Of a DNA stretch of 64,000 nucleotides, positions 36,501-50,211 are shown piece after piece; positions within the stretch are counted from its first letter, which is position 1, and each line of letters begins with the position of its first letter. The stretch is taken from positions 4,278,001 to 4,342,000 of the forward strand of contig NC_073410.1 of the NCBI RefSeq assembly GCF_028641065.1, in the 5' to 3' direction. The stretch comes from Leucoraja erinacea. Taxonomy: Eukaryota. Both the position numbers and the translations under genes were made by a program. The notes below the pieces were generated by a model. The model did not search any database. It was not told where the DNA came from and saw only the letters and a list, made by a program, of their open reading frames with translations.

Positions 36501-37559
36501 AAATCAAATGAGTTCTACTTCAGTTTTGGAACTACAGCTTCTGTCAGTCAAACAAGAAGCAAAACTTAATCGGAAACCCCAAATGACTGTAAAGACACAA
36601 TTAACTCCGGAATAGATACGAGGGGAATCCATTCTAAATAATGATTGCTCCTCATGTGATGTTTTGATTGTAGTCACAATGGCTGCATTTACATTCCCCA
36701 ACCAAGGAGTGGTAGCTGGGGAGTTTATAAAACTCATTAAAAAACGACAGAAAACACCATAAATATTGATGGCTTGAGACTGATTTGATAGAATGCTTGT
36801 ATTTGTCATAATATTAAGTGTCAAGTTAACAGAAAACATTTATGGAATAAAATATTATCCAAATAGTGTCTGGAGTATTTTTATTCCATCTTTGTATATT
36901 TATGCAAGACAATGTTTCATGAATGTGGGCATACCAGTAGCGAATACAAATCACCAAGCAAATCACTGTCAGTTTCAGAAGCATGATTTTAAAACTAATG
37001 AAACAATAATGTTTGAAATACCAGTTTAAAATTCTATGACCTCATAAGAAAAATAACTGTAATAATTGTGTTACAGGGGTAAAATGACAATCCTGCATGA
37101 ATGGAGAAGGGAGACAACAATGTTGGAAATATTGCCTGGAACACAAAACTGAACGCTGAACCATTTTAATCTTAGTTGTCTGAGAAGAACAAATGACTAA
37201 AATATTCCAGCTAGTTTGTTACTACAATGAGGAATTTATAACCTTCCATGCAGGTTTTACCTTTCATCGCAATTTAACAGATTACTTCAAAGTGGAGATG
37301 GCAGGAGTTTGTTGAAACTTGCATCACATTGATTTTATTGTGACAGCAAACAAAATATTTATAGGCTCCAATGACAGAAAGCTGTTCAGTTTGTACCTGC
37401 AAATATATATGGGTAAAACTGTTGCACATTCTGTAGCTTATCTCCAATTTTGGTGTAATTTCCATTGACTTGAACTTTGTTGAGTCCATTTCCACACAGA
37501 AGTGTTGATTTTTCTCGAACTGTTGCACTCGTTCTTGGGACTCAAAGGGCAGCCTGTTT

Positions 37560-37790
37560 CATTTTTCATCCTTAATTTTTTGCATATCTTTCACTCATTT
37601 ATTCTACACCTCTCTACGTCACTGTGTATATCTCTCGTTTCCCTTTGCCCTGACTAGTCAGAAGAAAAGTCTCAACCCAAAATGTCACCCATTCCTTCTC
37701 TCCATAGATGCTGCCTGTCCCGCTGAATTACTCCAGAATTTTGTGTCTATCATCGGTTTAAACCAGCATCTGCAGTTCCTTCCTACACAT
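37560..37790 (+). mobile_element. PLE pLTR
   Basis: Full pLTR ending ttccttcctacac; decayed core. Confidence 0.85.
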
Positions 37791-39554
37791 TTAGACTGAT
37801 TTAAATGTATTTTTCTAATAATCTCCTCTGGTAATCTCAAGTAGTTCTGAGATTTACTCAAAGATTTTTTTTTAATTTAATTGCACAGAGACCTATGCCC
37901 TTAAATCACATCCCTATCTATCGATATTTTTGGTGGAGTTTAACTTTGGTTTTAAAATAACTCAATAGCATTTAAAGTCTCTTTTGGTCATAATTCTAAC
38001 TATTTAAACTAATGATGCAGCAATGCTTAGATCCAATTAAATGGAAGTGCAAGTGTTGGAAAGTTGAATATAGATTTTTCCTTGATATGTTTACATCTCA
38101 CAAAAAGAATATATAAAGCGTGTTACAAAAGTGTCTAAACACTTTACAATCTGGTTACGCTAAATGCATAGCCTATTAAAAAAAATGGAAAAAAGCACGA
38201 TCTATGATGCAATTATTGATTTGCTACCGTTGTTGGAAGAAAGTGTTCTGTTCAGCTGCATAAACACGATATTTTCAAATTGTAGACTTAACATAATGCA
38301 ACATTACGGGTTGAGGCATACTTACAAACCATAGTTATAAATTTTTCAGATTAAAACAATAATTTCTCGCCTGTACACAAGAATGCCTAACAAAATAAAG
38401 CACTCCATTTGCAACAGTTTATGTGTTTTAAGAACCTGCTGCGAAGCTCTCAAGTGCAATGATAAATGCAGCATCACCGATTCTGTGCAACATTTTTTTG
38501 TTTCAAGGAAAATAAGCACTCCATCACTCAGTTGTGTTCATTCTGTTATTCTTTGCCCAAACATTATAGATCAGCACACGCACTGTGGAGCATTCGCACA
38601 TAAATAAGATATGCATATTTACTGCAAGAGTTTTTATGTTTTTTCAAAAGGCATAAATAGCAAATAGATGCTGCAGAATATGTTTATTGTATCTCTTCCC
38701 CTCCTCACATGATTGAACTTTAGAATATAGATTTAACAAATTCTTCCATGTGGATATCTACACTTTGCTAATCCCTGTGGGGACTGAACAAGATACACCT
38801 AACAGAATTTCAGATCCAGGGACTGCTAAGCATTTTATAAAGGCGAGTTTTCAAGTTTTAGACATTCCTGAAGTATATCCTATCTAATCTGCATACCCAG
38901 TGGATCCATTTTAAGATAATTGTGATAGAAACATTTGCGAAAGACTTAGCAGATAATTAAGCAATCGCATGTTGTAACTTTTTTTTAACTTTGAAGTGGG
39001 TCAGTCAGCTAATCGTAGAATGGATAATCACTGCACCCAGGCACCATTTAGAAACTGCCACACATTACCCACAATAAATAATGTCCTTGAAAACAAAATG
39101 CTGTCATTTAGATGCACACGTTCTCACAAACAGAGCCCAAAGTCTAGAAAATATACAACTTATCCCTTTGATGATCGTCACTGCCTGAAACTCACAAGAT
39201 TTTACCATTATCAGTCAAAAGCAGCTAATATAAATGAATAATTGCAAAAACTATTTCCTTTAATAATTGCAGGACTCTAAACATTAAATAGCATGCTCTG
39301 AAGTTGATTGCAAGAATATTTTTTCAAAAGAATGTGCAAGTCATGATAAAATTAAAAACAAAGTCACTGAAGCAAACAAATTTGAATGAGCATACCTTTG
39401 CCATTATAAATATATTATTTTCAATAATGACTATAATGTTGCTGTAAACCATAATATATATCTTAATATATTACACTTCCTTGTCTTGTCACTTCCTGGC
39501 AGAAAAATACTAAAAACACTGGGAAAAATCTTTGAGCAGATATCCCTTTCGGAG

Positions 39555-41160
39555 GATAGATACAAAATACTGGAGTAACTCAACGGGCCAGACAGCATCT
39601 GTGGAGAGAAGGAATGGGTGACGTTTCGGTTTGAGACCCTTCTTGTGACTGGAGCTGGTGTGAACAGAGGAAAACTGCAACAATGAACGATGAGCAGCAA
39701 ACAAAATAAAAGTCACAGAGATGTATCAAAACGTTCTTGGGCAAAAGGAAATCTGTCCAGGACCAACCTTGCCTCTGTGTGTCTGACCCCATGTCATTGT
39801 CCTGAACTACATTAGTCACAGCTCCATCCAGTTTTAAAGTAGGCTATAAACACCAGTGTGGGAGATACTAATTGTAGATACTGCAAACTGCAGGTGCTGC
39901 AACCTTGATTAAAACATAGTTCTGGAGGAATTCAGCAGGTCAGGCAACATTTGTGGAAGGAATGGATAGGCAATATGTCAGGTCAGAATTGTGTACTAAT
40001 GTTTTTTTTTGCAGTTATGTTCTTTACATTGCCTTGTAGAATATATGTGCCATTTATGTTTTTGTATATTGACTGAGTTTATGTGCCTGTGATGTTGCAA
40101 CTGCACTGAAATGCACCTATCCTTTTTTTACCAGAAATGTTGCCTGACCCGCTGAGTTACTCCAACACATGGTGTCTATCCTTGGTATAAACCAGCATCC
40201 GCAGTTCTTTGTTTCAACATTTTCTTTCTGAAGGATTAGGAGTAGGTCAGAAATAATTTTCATACGTTGAAGGAAGCATTCTTTCAGGCAGTTATAAAGA
40301 GTCTTGATAAACAAGGGTGAGTTGATAGGAATGTGAAAAGAGATTACAATCAGAGCAGCCACAATCTTATTAAGAGGCAGAACATGCTTCAAGTGCTAAA
40401 AGGCATGTTCCTGAATCTCATTCTTGCATGCATATGTTGGTATATGGCCATTTGCCCATTCCATCAGTCACCTCCTGCCCTGTCAGTGGGTGATCTGCAG
40501 TTCCCACACTGTCCTCATCAGTCATCTCAGGACCAGAATAGAAGTAGGTCACCCTCAATGCTGAGGAACCAGCAAAGGAGGAGGAGGAGCCTGAAGTCAT
40601 CAATCAGACAAAAATGAGCTATGAACAATATTACAATCTGAAAGTGTAGTTAACGTCAAGATTCTGCTGATGCTTACAAAAGACTCATTCCCTTCAAACT
40701 ACTTCTATACATGCACATTAATTTTGCCCCATAGCCCCGCAATTGGCAATACATACCACAGACAAAGTGTAGCCATTTCCTAACAACTCTCAGTAACTTA
40801 TTTTTGACCTGACCCCACCCTATCACAGATATTCCCCCTCCCCTGCTCACTCCCGTCACCTTCTCTGCAACTTAAAACCATCTCTCTCTTTCTCCCATTT
40901 CTGATAAAGGGTCTCTGATCTTAAAAATTAACTCTGCCACATAGGAAGGAACTGCAGATGCTGGTTTAAATGGAAGATAGACTCAAAAAGCTGGAGTAAC
41001 TCAGCGGGTCAGACAGCACCTCTGGGGGAAAGGAATAGATGATGTTTTAGGTCGAGACCCTTCTTCAGACTCTGCTACCCTCTCCACAAATGCTGCCTGG
41101 CCTAAAGTGTGTCCAGAATTATCCATTTTTATTTCTGATTTATAGCACCTGCAATTTTCT
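39555..41160. mobile_element. Cluster of PLE pLTR fragments (39555-39650, 39880-39990, 40115-40215, 40880-41160)
   Basis: Repeated pLTR blocks; the 40941-41068 copy has a 10-bp TSD actctgc(c/t)ac inside an older PLE. Confidence 0.65.
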
Positions 41161-42314
41161 GCTGATAATTAATCTAGCATGAATTCCACTACAGGGAAAG
41201 ATTGACTGGAAAGACACAGGAGATATGTTGATCTCAAAGACTCCTTGAAAAAAATAAGATCCTCACAGGTTCATGGGGAACCTCTTAACCATCATTGCCT
41301 ACTGGGGAAGGAACATTAATGAAGGCAAGAGGTCCTGGAGTGTAATCAGGACTGGATAGAGGGCAAACAGAAGGAAGAATGCACACATCTTAAACTACTG
41401 ATCACCTACTGTGTCATGTGGTAGACACAAGGAACTGCAGTTGCTGGGTTTGCTAAGTAGGGTGCAAAGTAACTCAACAGGTCAGGCAGCATCTCTGGAG
41501 AACGAGGACGGGTGACATTTTGCATCGGGATGTTGTCCTTGAAGCTGCAGAGGACTTTTCAAAATTAGAGTGGACTTATTTAACCATAGAAAAAAAATCC
41601 CATAGCAGTTCCACTGCTGGAAAACATTCCCCTGAAACATCTTCCTTGGATTTGCTGCTTTGCTTAGAAAGCCTCTTAACAAGGCAGCCCAATTCTCTTG
41701 TCCAAGCCTTTTGGCACAATGTACGTTTCACTGTATTCAATTGTGTGTTAAATTCTTAGTGATTTAGGGTAGGCCTATGCAAAATAGACCGCGAAGGAAA
41801 ACCTCGCAAGGTTGTGGGTTGCAGCGGTGTTGGTGTCAAGGATTATGGCAAGGATTCTCAAGCCAAGGATGTCATTCGACAACTATTTCAGGGCGAAGTA
41901 ATATACTTTAATAAAAAAATAAAAACACGTAAAAATTTTTTTTTAATTCTTAGTAATTTCATTGTGCAGCACAATCTCATTATGAATCACATCACTGAAT
42001 TTCATTCCAGATCCAGTTGCTCTGGATGCTTTCAACATCGAGTCCGTCAGGACATAGCAATGCATCACTAATGTTCCTCTCGCTATTTTTACCATGGCTC
42101 CATTGTGCAATAAAATGTCCATTGCCATACTTACCCTTTCCACTCTCTACTGACTAAGATTCATATCAAGTGCACAGGGGTAGCACGATGGCACAGCTGG
42201 TAGAACTGCTGCCTCACAGCACCAGAGACACAGATTCAATCAAGAGCTCGGGTGCTCTCTGTGTGGAGTCAATCTTATCAATGCACATATTCAAATGTGC
42301 TTTAGATGTCATTA

Positions 42315-42509
42315 TGGTCCAATCCCACTTAGGTGACTCTTTAGGAGACTGCCAGGGACTAGTTTTAATGCAATTCACCTACGACATCTGGCGACAACCT
42401 ACGGCAACAAATATTGTCGCCACTTTCGCAGAATATTTTCCAACATGTTGAAAAATTTGTGGCAATCACCTGTAGTCGCTTGAACATTTGCCTAAGTGGG
42501 ACAAGCCCA
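42315..42509. mobile_element. Degenerate PIF/Harbinger-type MITE
   Basis: tcccacttagg / cctaagtggga TIR cores; TTA flanks; internal caacatgttg palindrome. Confidence 0.7.
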
Positions 42510-43134
42510 TTACTGTTTCTGCCTCCTTACTGTCTCTGGCAACTCATTCCATATATTTACCACTGGAGACACAGCGGCAGAGACATGACACACTCATTAA
42601 AGTGGTGACAGCCTCAAAGCAGCAACTAATGTTCAAAATTAATGATAAAACAAGCCGAATGATTCAGCCTATTTAGCCAGAGGATGTTTAAGAACTAATA
42701 AATTAAATTTCAATCTGCTGGGTTTCTTTGAAAGAAGCTATTTGCCACTCATCACCTCCTTCTTATTATGTTTTTGGCACGTGAAGGAAAACAGGTGAAT
42801 ACCAAGTAAGACACTACAAGTACAAATTCTGTCATACTTATGAGATTAAGTGAACTGGTTGCAAAATGAATGTTTTACTTCACAGGGAGTCAGCTGAATG
42901 GAATCTAAGCACGCATTCACAGGATCGAGAAATGCAAAATGTTGCAGATCTTGGGAATCTGAAATAAAAAGCTGAACATCCAGGAGATACTCAGTGGGGA
43001 CAGAAAAAAAAAGGTTGGCATTTCCGGTTGATAACTTTTCATCACAACTGGGAAAGTGAGAAAACAAATGGGTCTTAAGTCACAGAGAGGAGAGGGGTAG
43101 AGAGAACAATGGGAATATCTGTGACCTTCAATGG

Positions 43135-43545
43135 AACACTATGGAGTTTAGAAGAATAAGGGGGGACCTCATTGAAACATGCAGAATAGTGAAAGGCTTG
43201 GATAGAGTGGATGAAGAGAGGATGTTTCCACTCATGGGAGAGTCTAGGTCATAGCCTCAGAATTAAGGGACGTTCTTTTAGGAAGGTGATGAGGGGACAT
43301 TTCTTTAGTCAAAGGATGGAAAATATGTGGAATTCTTTGCCACAGAAGGCTGTAGAGACCAAGTAAGGTCCAAGTATATTTTTAAGGCAGAGATGGATAG
43401 ATTTTTGATTAGTACAGATGTCAGAGGTTATGGGGAGGAAGCAGGAGAATGGGGTTGGAGGGAGAGATAGATCAGCCATGATTGAATGGCGGAATAGATT
43501 TTATGGGCAAATGGCCTAATTCTACTCCTATCACTTATGACTATG
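43135..43545 (+). mobile_element. CR1/HER1 3' end
   Basis: ggagtttagaagaataagggggga...gatcagccatgattgaatggcgg. Confidence 0.85.
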
Positions 43546-44559
43546 GGCCACCTCTTGTATCATTATGGACTGGTTTGTTCTACTAGTTATTGGTTACATG
43601 ATGATTTGTTACTGCATGGTCTACATTCTTTTATTTTTAATGTGGAGCAATTATGTGCAACTTGTATATAATAGTTTTTTGCATGTTTTTATTTAAGTTT
43701 ATGTGCATGTGATGCTGCTGCAAGCAAGATATTTCATTGTACCTGGAGCTCAACGACAATAAGACAATGAACTTGAACTGGAATGTGGTAAACATAGAAA
43801 CATAGAAAATAGGTGCAGAAGTAAGCCATCAGCCCTTTGAGCCAGCACCGCCATTCAATATGACCATGGCTTATCATCTAAAATCAGAACCCCGTCCCTC
43901 AAGATTCAAGAGATTCAAGAGAGTTTATTGTCATGTGTCCCTGATAGGACAATGAAATTCTTGCTTTGCTTCAGCACAACAGTACATAGTAGGCATGACT
44001 CCCTACCCGAAACGTCGCATATTCCTTTTCTCCATAGATGCTGCCTCACCCGTTGAGTTCCTCCAGCATTTTTTGTCACCTATCCATGTTCCCTAGAGAT
44101 GCTGCCTGACCTGTAGTGTTACTCCAGCACTTGCTGTGTTTTTTTTTTTGTAAACCAGCATCTGCAGTTCCTCGTGTCTACATTCAGCAAGCTTATGAGA
44201 TTGCCAGGGTTGAGTTTAATCAACACTGGGAGTTGGTTTCAATTATCATTTGCAAGGGCAACAATGAGCTGGATAATGACTGTACTAAAAACTTTACAGC
44301 ACAGATCATGCAGTTATCAAGAAAAATTCCCCCCACTGATGTTTTCTCCATCCCAGACTCAGTGGTGCCTTTAAAGCTCATCTCTCAGAGCCACGTTGTA
44401 GTATCTTAATAAAATCAGAAGACAAAAAATATACATAAAGATATACTTGATAATGCAAGCTATGTTTGAGTGAATTTTTGCTGATAAACCCGGGGGGTGA
44501 TGGTATGATATCTTAAATGCTCAGATGGACGATTATCTTGTATCATTCTGACAAGTGTG

Positions 44560-44840
44560 TGGCACGGTGGCACAGAGGTAGAGTTGTTGCCTTACAGCGC
44601 TTGCAGCACTGGAGACCCGGGTTTGATCCCGATTACAAGTGCTGTCTGTATGGAGTTTGCACGGTCTCCCCGTGACCGCGTGGGTTTTCTCCGATATCTT
44701 CGGTTTCCTCCCACACCCGAAAGACGTACAGACATGTAGGATAATTGGCTTGGTGTATGTGTTAATTGTCCCTCGTGTGTGTGGGGTATTGTTAATGCAC
44801 GGGGATTACTGATCGAAGCAGACCCGGACTAAACTAAAGT
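44560..44840 (+). mobile_element. HE1-type V-SINE
   Basis: ggcacggtggcacagaggtagagttg head, V-domain, ctaaactaaa tail. Confidence 0.85.
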
Positions 44841-46416
44841 GGGCTTTGTCCGAATCATTTACTTGTCACTGGAAAGAAAACGTCCTCGCACCGTGTACTG
44901 GAGCAGAGTAGCGTCAACACAGCTTCACTTCCCAGAGCCGGCTGCCTGCAGTTTTAATCAGAACTTTTTAGTTTATACAGCCCGAGACTGCAGACAAACT
45001 GGCGAGGCACAATGAGGAAGCTCACAGATATCAAAATTATCAGTTTGTACTGAACTCAATAACCCAAACAGCCTCCATTTCCATGAGTAGCGTCCTGCCT
45101 TTTGTTCTGACAGAGATAAGATGTATAAATTATGAGTGGTTGACAAAGAATACTTCAGTGCCTGAGGCAGCTCATCAATCATTTTCAGTGCGTCGGCAGG
45201 TAACTGATGTAACCCCTGCAGGCTGATTCCATTCAGGTGAGAAGCATGAATTAGAAGCAATGCCACGGGACAAATGTGGCAACTGAGCTTTGTTTAAGAT
45301 TCTTTTAATTTGGGAGTTGTTTGTCCTAAGATACCCTTGTCTTCACAGACTTGGATGCTGGATGCCGTTGTCCCTCAACGGTAAACAATCAGTGCTGGCA
45401 TGGAAGGAGACGAATGGCGGAGACCACACAGCGACCAGTGTGTAGAAGGTGGGAAAGACTTGATGGGACCCTTGCTCTTTTTTTTTTGTATCAGCCGACT
45501 TCAAACAGTCTTCAACGTCAGCAGATTCCCTCAACTTTTGACAGTCTTTGGCCAAGTTAGGCAGAGGTCAGCTCACACTAAATAAAATTGCTGCAGTTAC
45601 TGACTGTGGATCATTCCCCCGCCTGCCCAGCTGGCTTTGTGCCAGGGAGTCACACATTCAAGTACTCCTTTGCTTTTCAAATACAAACCTGAAGCAAATT
45701 AGTTTACCCAGTCCAATTCTGACATTGTTGATAGACTGGTCTCTTTACCTTTGTTGCTTGTTCAGTGTATCTGGGAGAGGGGCGGAGAGGAATTGCTGGT
45801 GTGAACTGACAGGTCGACTAAGCTTTTCAAGTGTCAGGAACTGGCTGGGTTTTACTGATCAATGGGTCACCCTGAGAAGAAAGACACATCTATGTCGTCC
45901 ATGTCAAAGGCTTAAGACCCAGGCAAACCTCTCTGAAGACGCATATATTTTCATCTTCGCCATAATGAAGGGAAGAAATGTATTCTCTTTAAAAAAGGAA
46001 TGGTTGATCTGCAGATGCCCTGTACATCTGACACAGCCATTGCAGGATTAATTAAACATCATGTGCTGTGCTAGTTAACTTAAAAAACTAAACTCCAATT
46101 ACACTTTTTCCAATAAGCATCGAAAATGATTTATGCTTTCAATATAATTACAGTCTCCTGACGATAACAGAAGCTTGACACTTGAATATTACCAAAGAGA
46201 ATAGATTATCAAGTGTTACGTGCAAATTGTCTTCCTCCCATAGCTAGTAAATGTTTAACACACCAGATCCTCCCTCCCATCACAGAGAGTTTATAAACAG
46301 CAGAACATAAAGGACACAAAATGCTGGAGTAACTCAGCAGGTCAGGCAGCATCTCTGGAGAACATGCATAGGTGACAAATCAGGTCGAGACCCATCTTCA
46401 GGCTGAAGGCTGATTA

Positions 46417-46467
46417 TGGAGGAGGTGGGGGGGGGGGGGGGGGGGGGGTGGGGGGGGGGGGGGGGGG
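46417..46467 (+). repeat. Poly-G tract
   Basis: Near-pure G run of ~40 nt following a reverse PLE pLTR (46312-46410). Confidence 0.9.
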
Positions 46468-46499
46468 CAGCTGGAATAGGGGAATAGGGAGAGACTGGG

Positions 46500-47035
46500 C
46501 AAAGTTTTGGTCTAATTTTAGGAAGGACATCCTTGTGATTGAGGCAGTGCAGTGTAGGTTCACAAGATTGATCCCTGGGACGGCGGGACTGTCATATGGG
46601 GAAAGATTGAAAAGGCTAGGCTTGTATTCACTGGGGTTTAGGAGGATGAGGGGGGATCTTAGAGAAACATATACATTTATAAAAGGACAGGACAAGCTAG
46701 ATGCAGGAAAAATGTTCCCAATTTTGGGCGAGTCCAGAACCAGGGGCCACAGTCTTAGAATAAAGGGGAAGCCATTTAGGACTGAGGTGAGAAAAACCTT
46801 TTTCACCCAGAGAGTTGTGAATTTGTGGAATTCCCTGCCACAGAGGGCAGTGGAGGCCAAATCACTGGATGGATTTAAGAGAAAGTTAGATAGAGGTCTA
46901 GGGGCTAGTGGAATCAAGGGATATGGGGAGAAGGCAGGCACGGGTTAGTGATTGGGGACAATCAGCCATGATCACAATGAATGGCGGTGCTGGCTCGAAG
47001 GGCCGAATGGCCTCATCCTGCACCTATTTTTTATG
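46500..47035 (+). mobile_element. Young CR1/HER1 3' end
   Basis: FWSNFRKDILVIEAVQCRFTRLIPG...FFTQRVVNLWNSLPQ, open frame. Confidence 0.95.
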
Positions 47036-47154
47036 TAAAGTGTGGCGGGTAATAGGTGGATACAAGGTGAGGAGGGGGTTTGATGGGCAGAAGGTTGAAA
47101 CTAAGACCAGAGATAAAAGATGAGGTGTGAGACAGGATTGAATGGTTGTGAACC

Positions 47155-47460
47155 TAGACACAAAATGCTGCAGTAACTCAGCGGAACAGGCAGCATCTCT
47201 GGAGAGAAAGAATGGGTGACATTTCTGGTCGAGACCCTTCTTCAGACAGGAACTTCAGGTTCCTGGGATAGACACAAAAAGCTGGAATGTGTGTTTTTTG
47301 CTTATCTCTCATTCATTTGTTCTATATCTCTCTACTTATCTACTGTATCTCCCATTTCCCTTTCTCCTGACTTTAGTCTGAAGAAGGGTCTCGACCCAAA
47401 ACGTCACCCATTCCTTCTCTCCAGAGATGCTGCCTGTCCCGCTGAATTACTCTACCTACA
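47155..47460. mobile_element. PLE pLTR cluster in both orientations
   Basis: Reverse pLTR 47155-47247; direct pLTR with core ctgaagaagggtctcgacccaaaacgtc at 47378-47405. Confidence 0.8.
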
Positions 47461-47744
47461 TCAACAACCTTTCTAAATGGACTGTAATTCTCTTTGCAAC
47501 GTTCTTCAAAAGATATGAAAGATTCTGGAGAAATGCTAATTTTTTCTGACATTTTCCCTCACAACATGCAGGCTGCACAGTGGCACAGTGGTAGAGTTGC
47601 TGCCTTACATCACCAGAGACCCAGGTTTGATCCCGAGTACACGTCTACAGGTGTTTGTATGGAGTTTGCACACACTCCATGTGTGGCCAACATGTGGGCA
47701 ACATTAGTCTGTCCACTGGAACCGGCTGAGTGTAATTGGGGTTA

Positions 47745-48520
47745 GATGTTGGTGTGTGAACATCGATATTGATGCACTAATTGTGCCTGGGCATTTGAAG
47801 GACTTTGTGGGATTGGTGCTTGTGGTACATCTCCAGTGCTTTGAAGCCCCTCCTGTAGGTTCATATCATAGATGTTAATGCAACAAGACTTCATTTTGCT
47901 CTGTAGAGCATAATCTTATACTCGGTTTGAGGCATGGATCTTCAAAGCTGTACTACTCCACTAAGGCGATTGTGAATTTGATCAATGACATCTTCCTGGG
48001 TTGAGAGCTGGATCACAACAATGGTCAATGCTTTGCTGAATTCTGTCATGGAGTTTTGTCATCAGAGGGCAGTGTGGTGCAGCTGGGCCAGGTTATAAAA
48101 ACATAGAAAATAGGTGCAGGAGTAGGCCATTCGGCCCTTCGAGCCAGCATCACCATTCAATATGATCATGGCAGATCATCCAAAATCAGTACCCCGTTCT
48201 GGCTTTTTTGCCCATATCCCTTGATTCCCTTCGCCCTAAGAGCTAAATCTAACAAAAGATAATGGCTTTTGTGAGATTAGTGAAGATATCGTACAGAGGA
48301 TGCTGTTGTACTCATACAGATATCATGAAGATCACACCCACTGTGACCTGAGATTGATGGACGCCATGCTGGAATTTTGGAAGGAGCTCTTCAGACAATG
48401 GCAGAAGGTGAGTGATGACTAGCTTGATGATGACTTTCTGCATGGCACAGAGCAGGGAGACCCCTCTGTAGTTACCACAATTGACTTGATCCTTTTTTTT
48501 TTAGAAGGTAGTCATCATCG
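47745..48520 (-). mobile_element. Decayed RTE-clade LINE RT region, interrupted by a CR1 tail (48098-48253)
   Basis: Reverse frames give NCGNYRGVSLL, EELLPKFQ, QQHPLYDIFTNLTKA, KALEMYH. Confidence 0.75.
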
Positions 48521-48653
48521 ACTCACTCACTGAGGATGAGAGAACCTTCCTTCCACTGACATCCACAAAGTGAAAAGGTTACACCCCTCCACTCCAAAGT
48601 CCAAAGTCAGCCCAACCTCAGCTATTGGCCCAGCAACAATTGGATCTGCAGAC

Positions 48654-48940
48654 CTTAGAGATGTAACATGGAAATAGGCCCATTGGCCCACTCAGTCCAC
48701 GCTAACCTCCAATCATCCCGTACACTAGCTCTAACCTACACACCAGGGACAATTTACAATTTACAGAAGCCAACTAACCTACAAACCTGTACGTCTTGGG
48801 AGTGTGGGACGAAACCGGAGCACCCGGGAAAACCCAATGTTGTCACAGGGAGAATGAACAAGCTCTGTATAGACGGCACCCATGGTCAGGATCGAACCCG
48901 GGTCTCTGGCGCTGTAAGGCAGCAACTCTACTGTGCCACA
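48654..48940 (-). mobile_element. HE1-type V-SINE
   Basis: Reverse head, B box and V-domain. Confidence 0.85.
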
Positions 48941-48986
48941 CAGACGTTCACAGTCCGTGCTTCAATCTCTCCTATTTTAAGATCAT

Positions 48987-49602
48987 GTCAAGAGTATAGA
49001 AGCTGGGATGTAATGTTAAAATTGTACAAGGCATTGGTGAGACCAAATCTGGAGTATGGTGTACAATTTTGGTCACCCAATTATAGGAAGGATGTCAACA
49101 AAATAGAGAGAGTACAGAGGAGATTTACTAGAATGTTGCCTGGGTTTCAACAACTAAGTTACAGAGATAGGTTGAATAAGTTAGGTCTTTATTCTCTGGA
49201 GCGCAGAAGGTTAAGGGGGGACTTGATAGAGGTCTTTAAAATGATGAGAGGGATAGACAGAGTTGATGTGGACAAGCTTTTCCCTTTGAGAATAGGGAAG
49301 ATTCAAACAAGAGGACATGACTTCAGAATTAAAGGACAGAAGTTTAGGGGTAATATGAGGGGGAACTTCTTTACTCAGAGAGTGGTAGCGGTGTGGAATG
49401 AGCTTCCAGTGGAAGTGGTGTCGGCAGGTTCATTGGTATCATTTAAAAATAAATTGGATAGGCATATGGATGAGAAGGGAATGGAGGGTTATGGTATGAG
49501 TGCAGGCAGGTGGGACTAAGGGAAAAAAGTTGTTCAGCACGGACTTGTAGGGCCGAGATGGCCTGTTTCAGTGCTGCAATTGTTATATGGTTATATGGTT
49601 AT
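48987..49602 (+). mobile_element. Young 5'-truncated CR1/HER1 LINE
   Basis: Uninterrupted EYRSWDVMLKLYKALVRPNLEYGVQFWSP...GRWD*; (GGTTATAT)n tail. Confidence 0.95.
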
Positions 49603-50211
49603 AAGGAATAGCAGTACAATTAGGCCATTCGGCCCATCGACTCTACGCCACTCAATCATGTCTGATCTATCGCTCCCACCTACTCTTCCTCCTCAAAGTC
49701 TAATTCTATGATCAAACTATTCTGCTGTGGCCTTCTTTAGCTTGTTGCTAGCTTATTTATCGATGACGATCCTCCGAGGGATGCTGGAATAATTTCCTTT
49801 TGTTACAGCAGCCTTGTTTGAGGCAAATTATTGTTGCCGTTGTAGCAAACAGATGGGTTTTCTGCAACATTAATTCACGCTACCAGCTTCAACATTGGAG
49901 AACATTAGTTATCCTGACATACAAAACCAGCAAAATAATCCGTTTCATGGCTGGGATTATCTTGAATTTGGGTTTGAGGCCATTACATTTGTCAAGAGCA
50001 ACTTGGATTTAGCGACATTAGTCACTGCCTGGTGTTTCTGTGAGTACATGGGTTTGTGTATAGGTTTGTGGATGTAAAATGGATGAACACGTCACCCATC
50101 ACGTTTAACTTCAGCTGCTTTCACCAACAAGCTCCTTCATCAAGCTGTGGGTTTTGACTGGTTTGAAACATGGCAAGCTCCACAGTGCCTGCTTCTTCAG
50201 GGTGACGTAGT

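Noticed and set aside
46414-46941. Poly-proline ORF / G-quadruplex
   Set aside because: Antisense CR1 plus a homopolymer whose length is unreliable in assemblies
48320-48407. Exon-like segment ending AAG/GTGAGT
   Set aside because: Lies antisense within a decayed RTE RT region
48668-49519. Longest ORF (283 aa)
   Set aside because: Chance fusion of an antisense SINE with a CR1 ORF2 C-terminus; not a host gene
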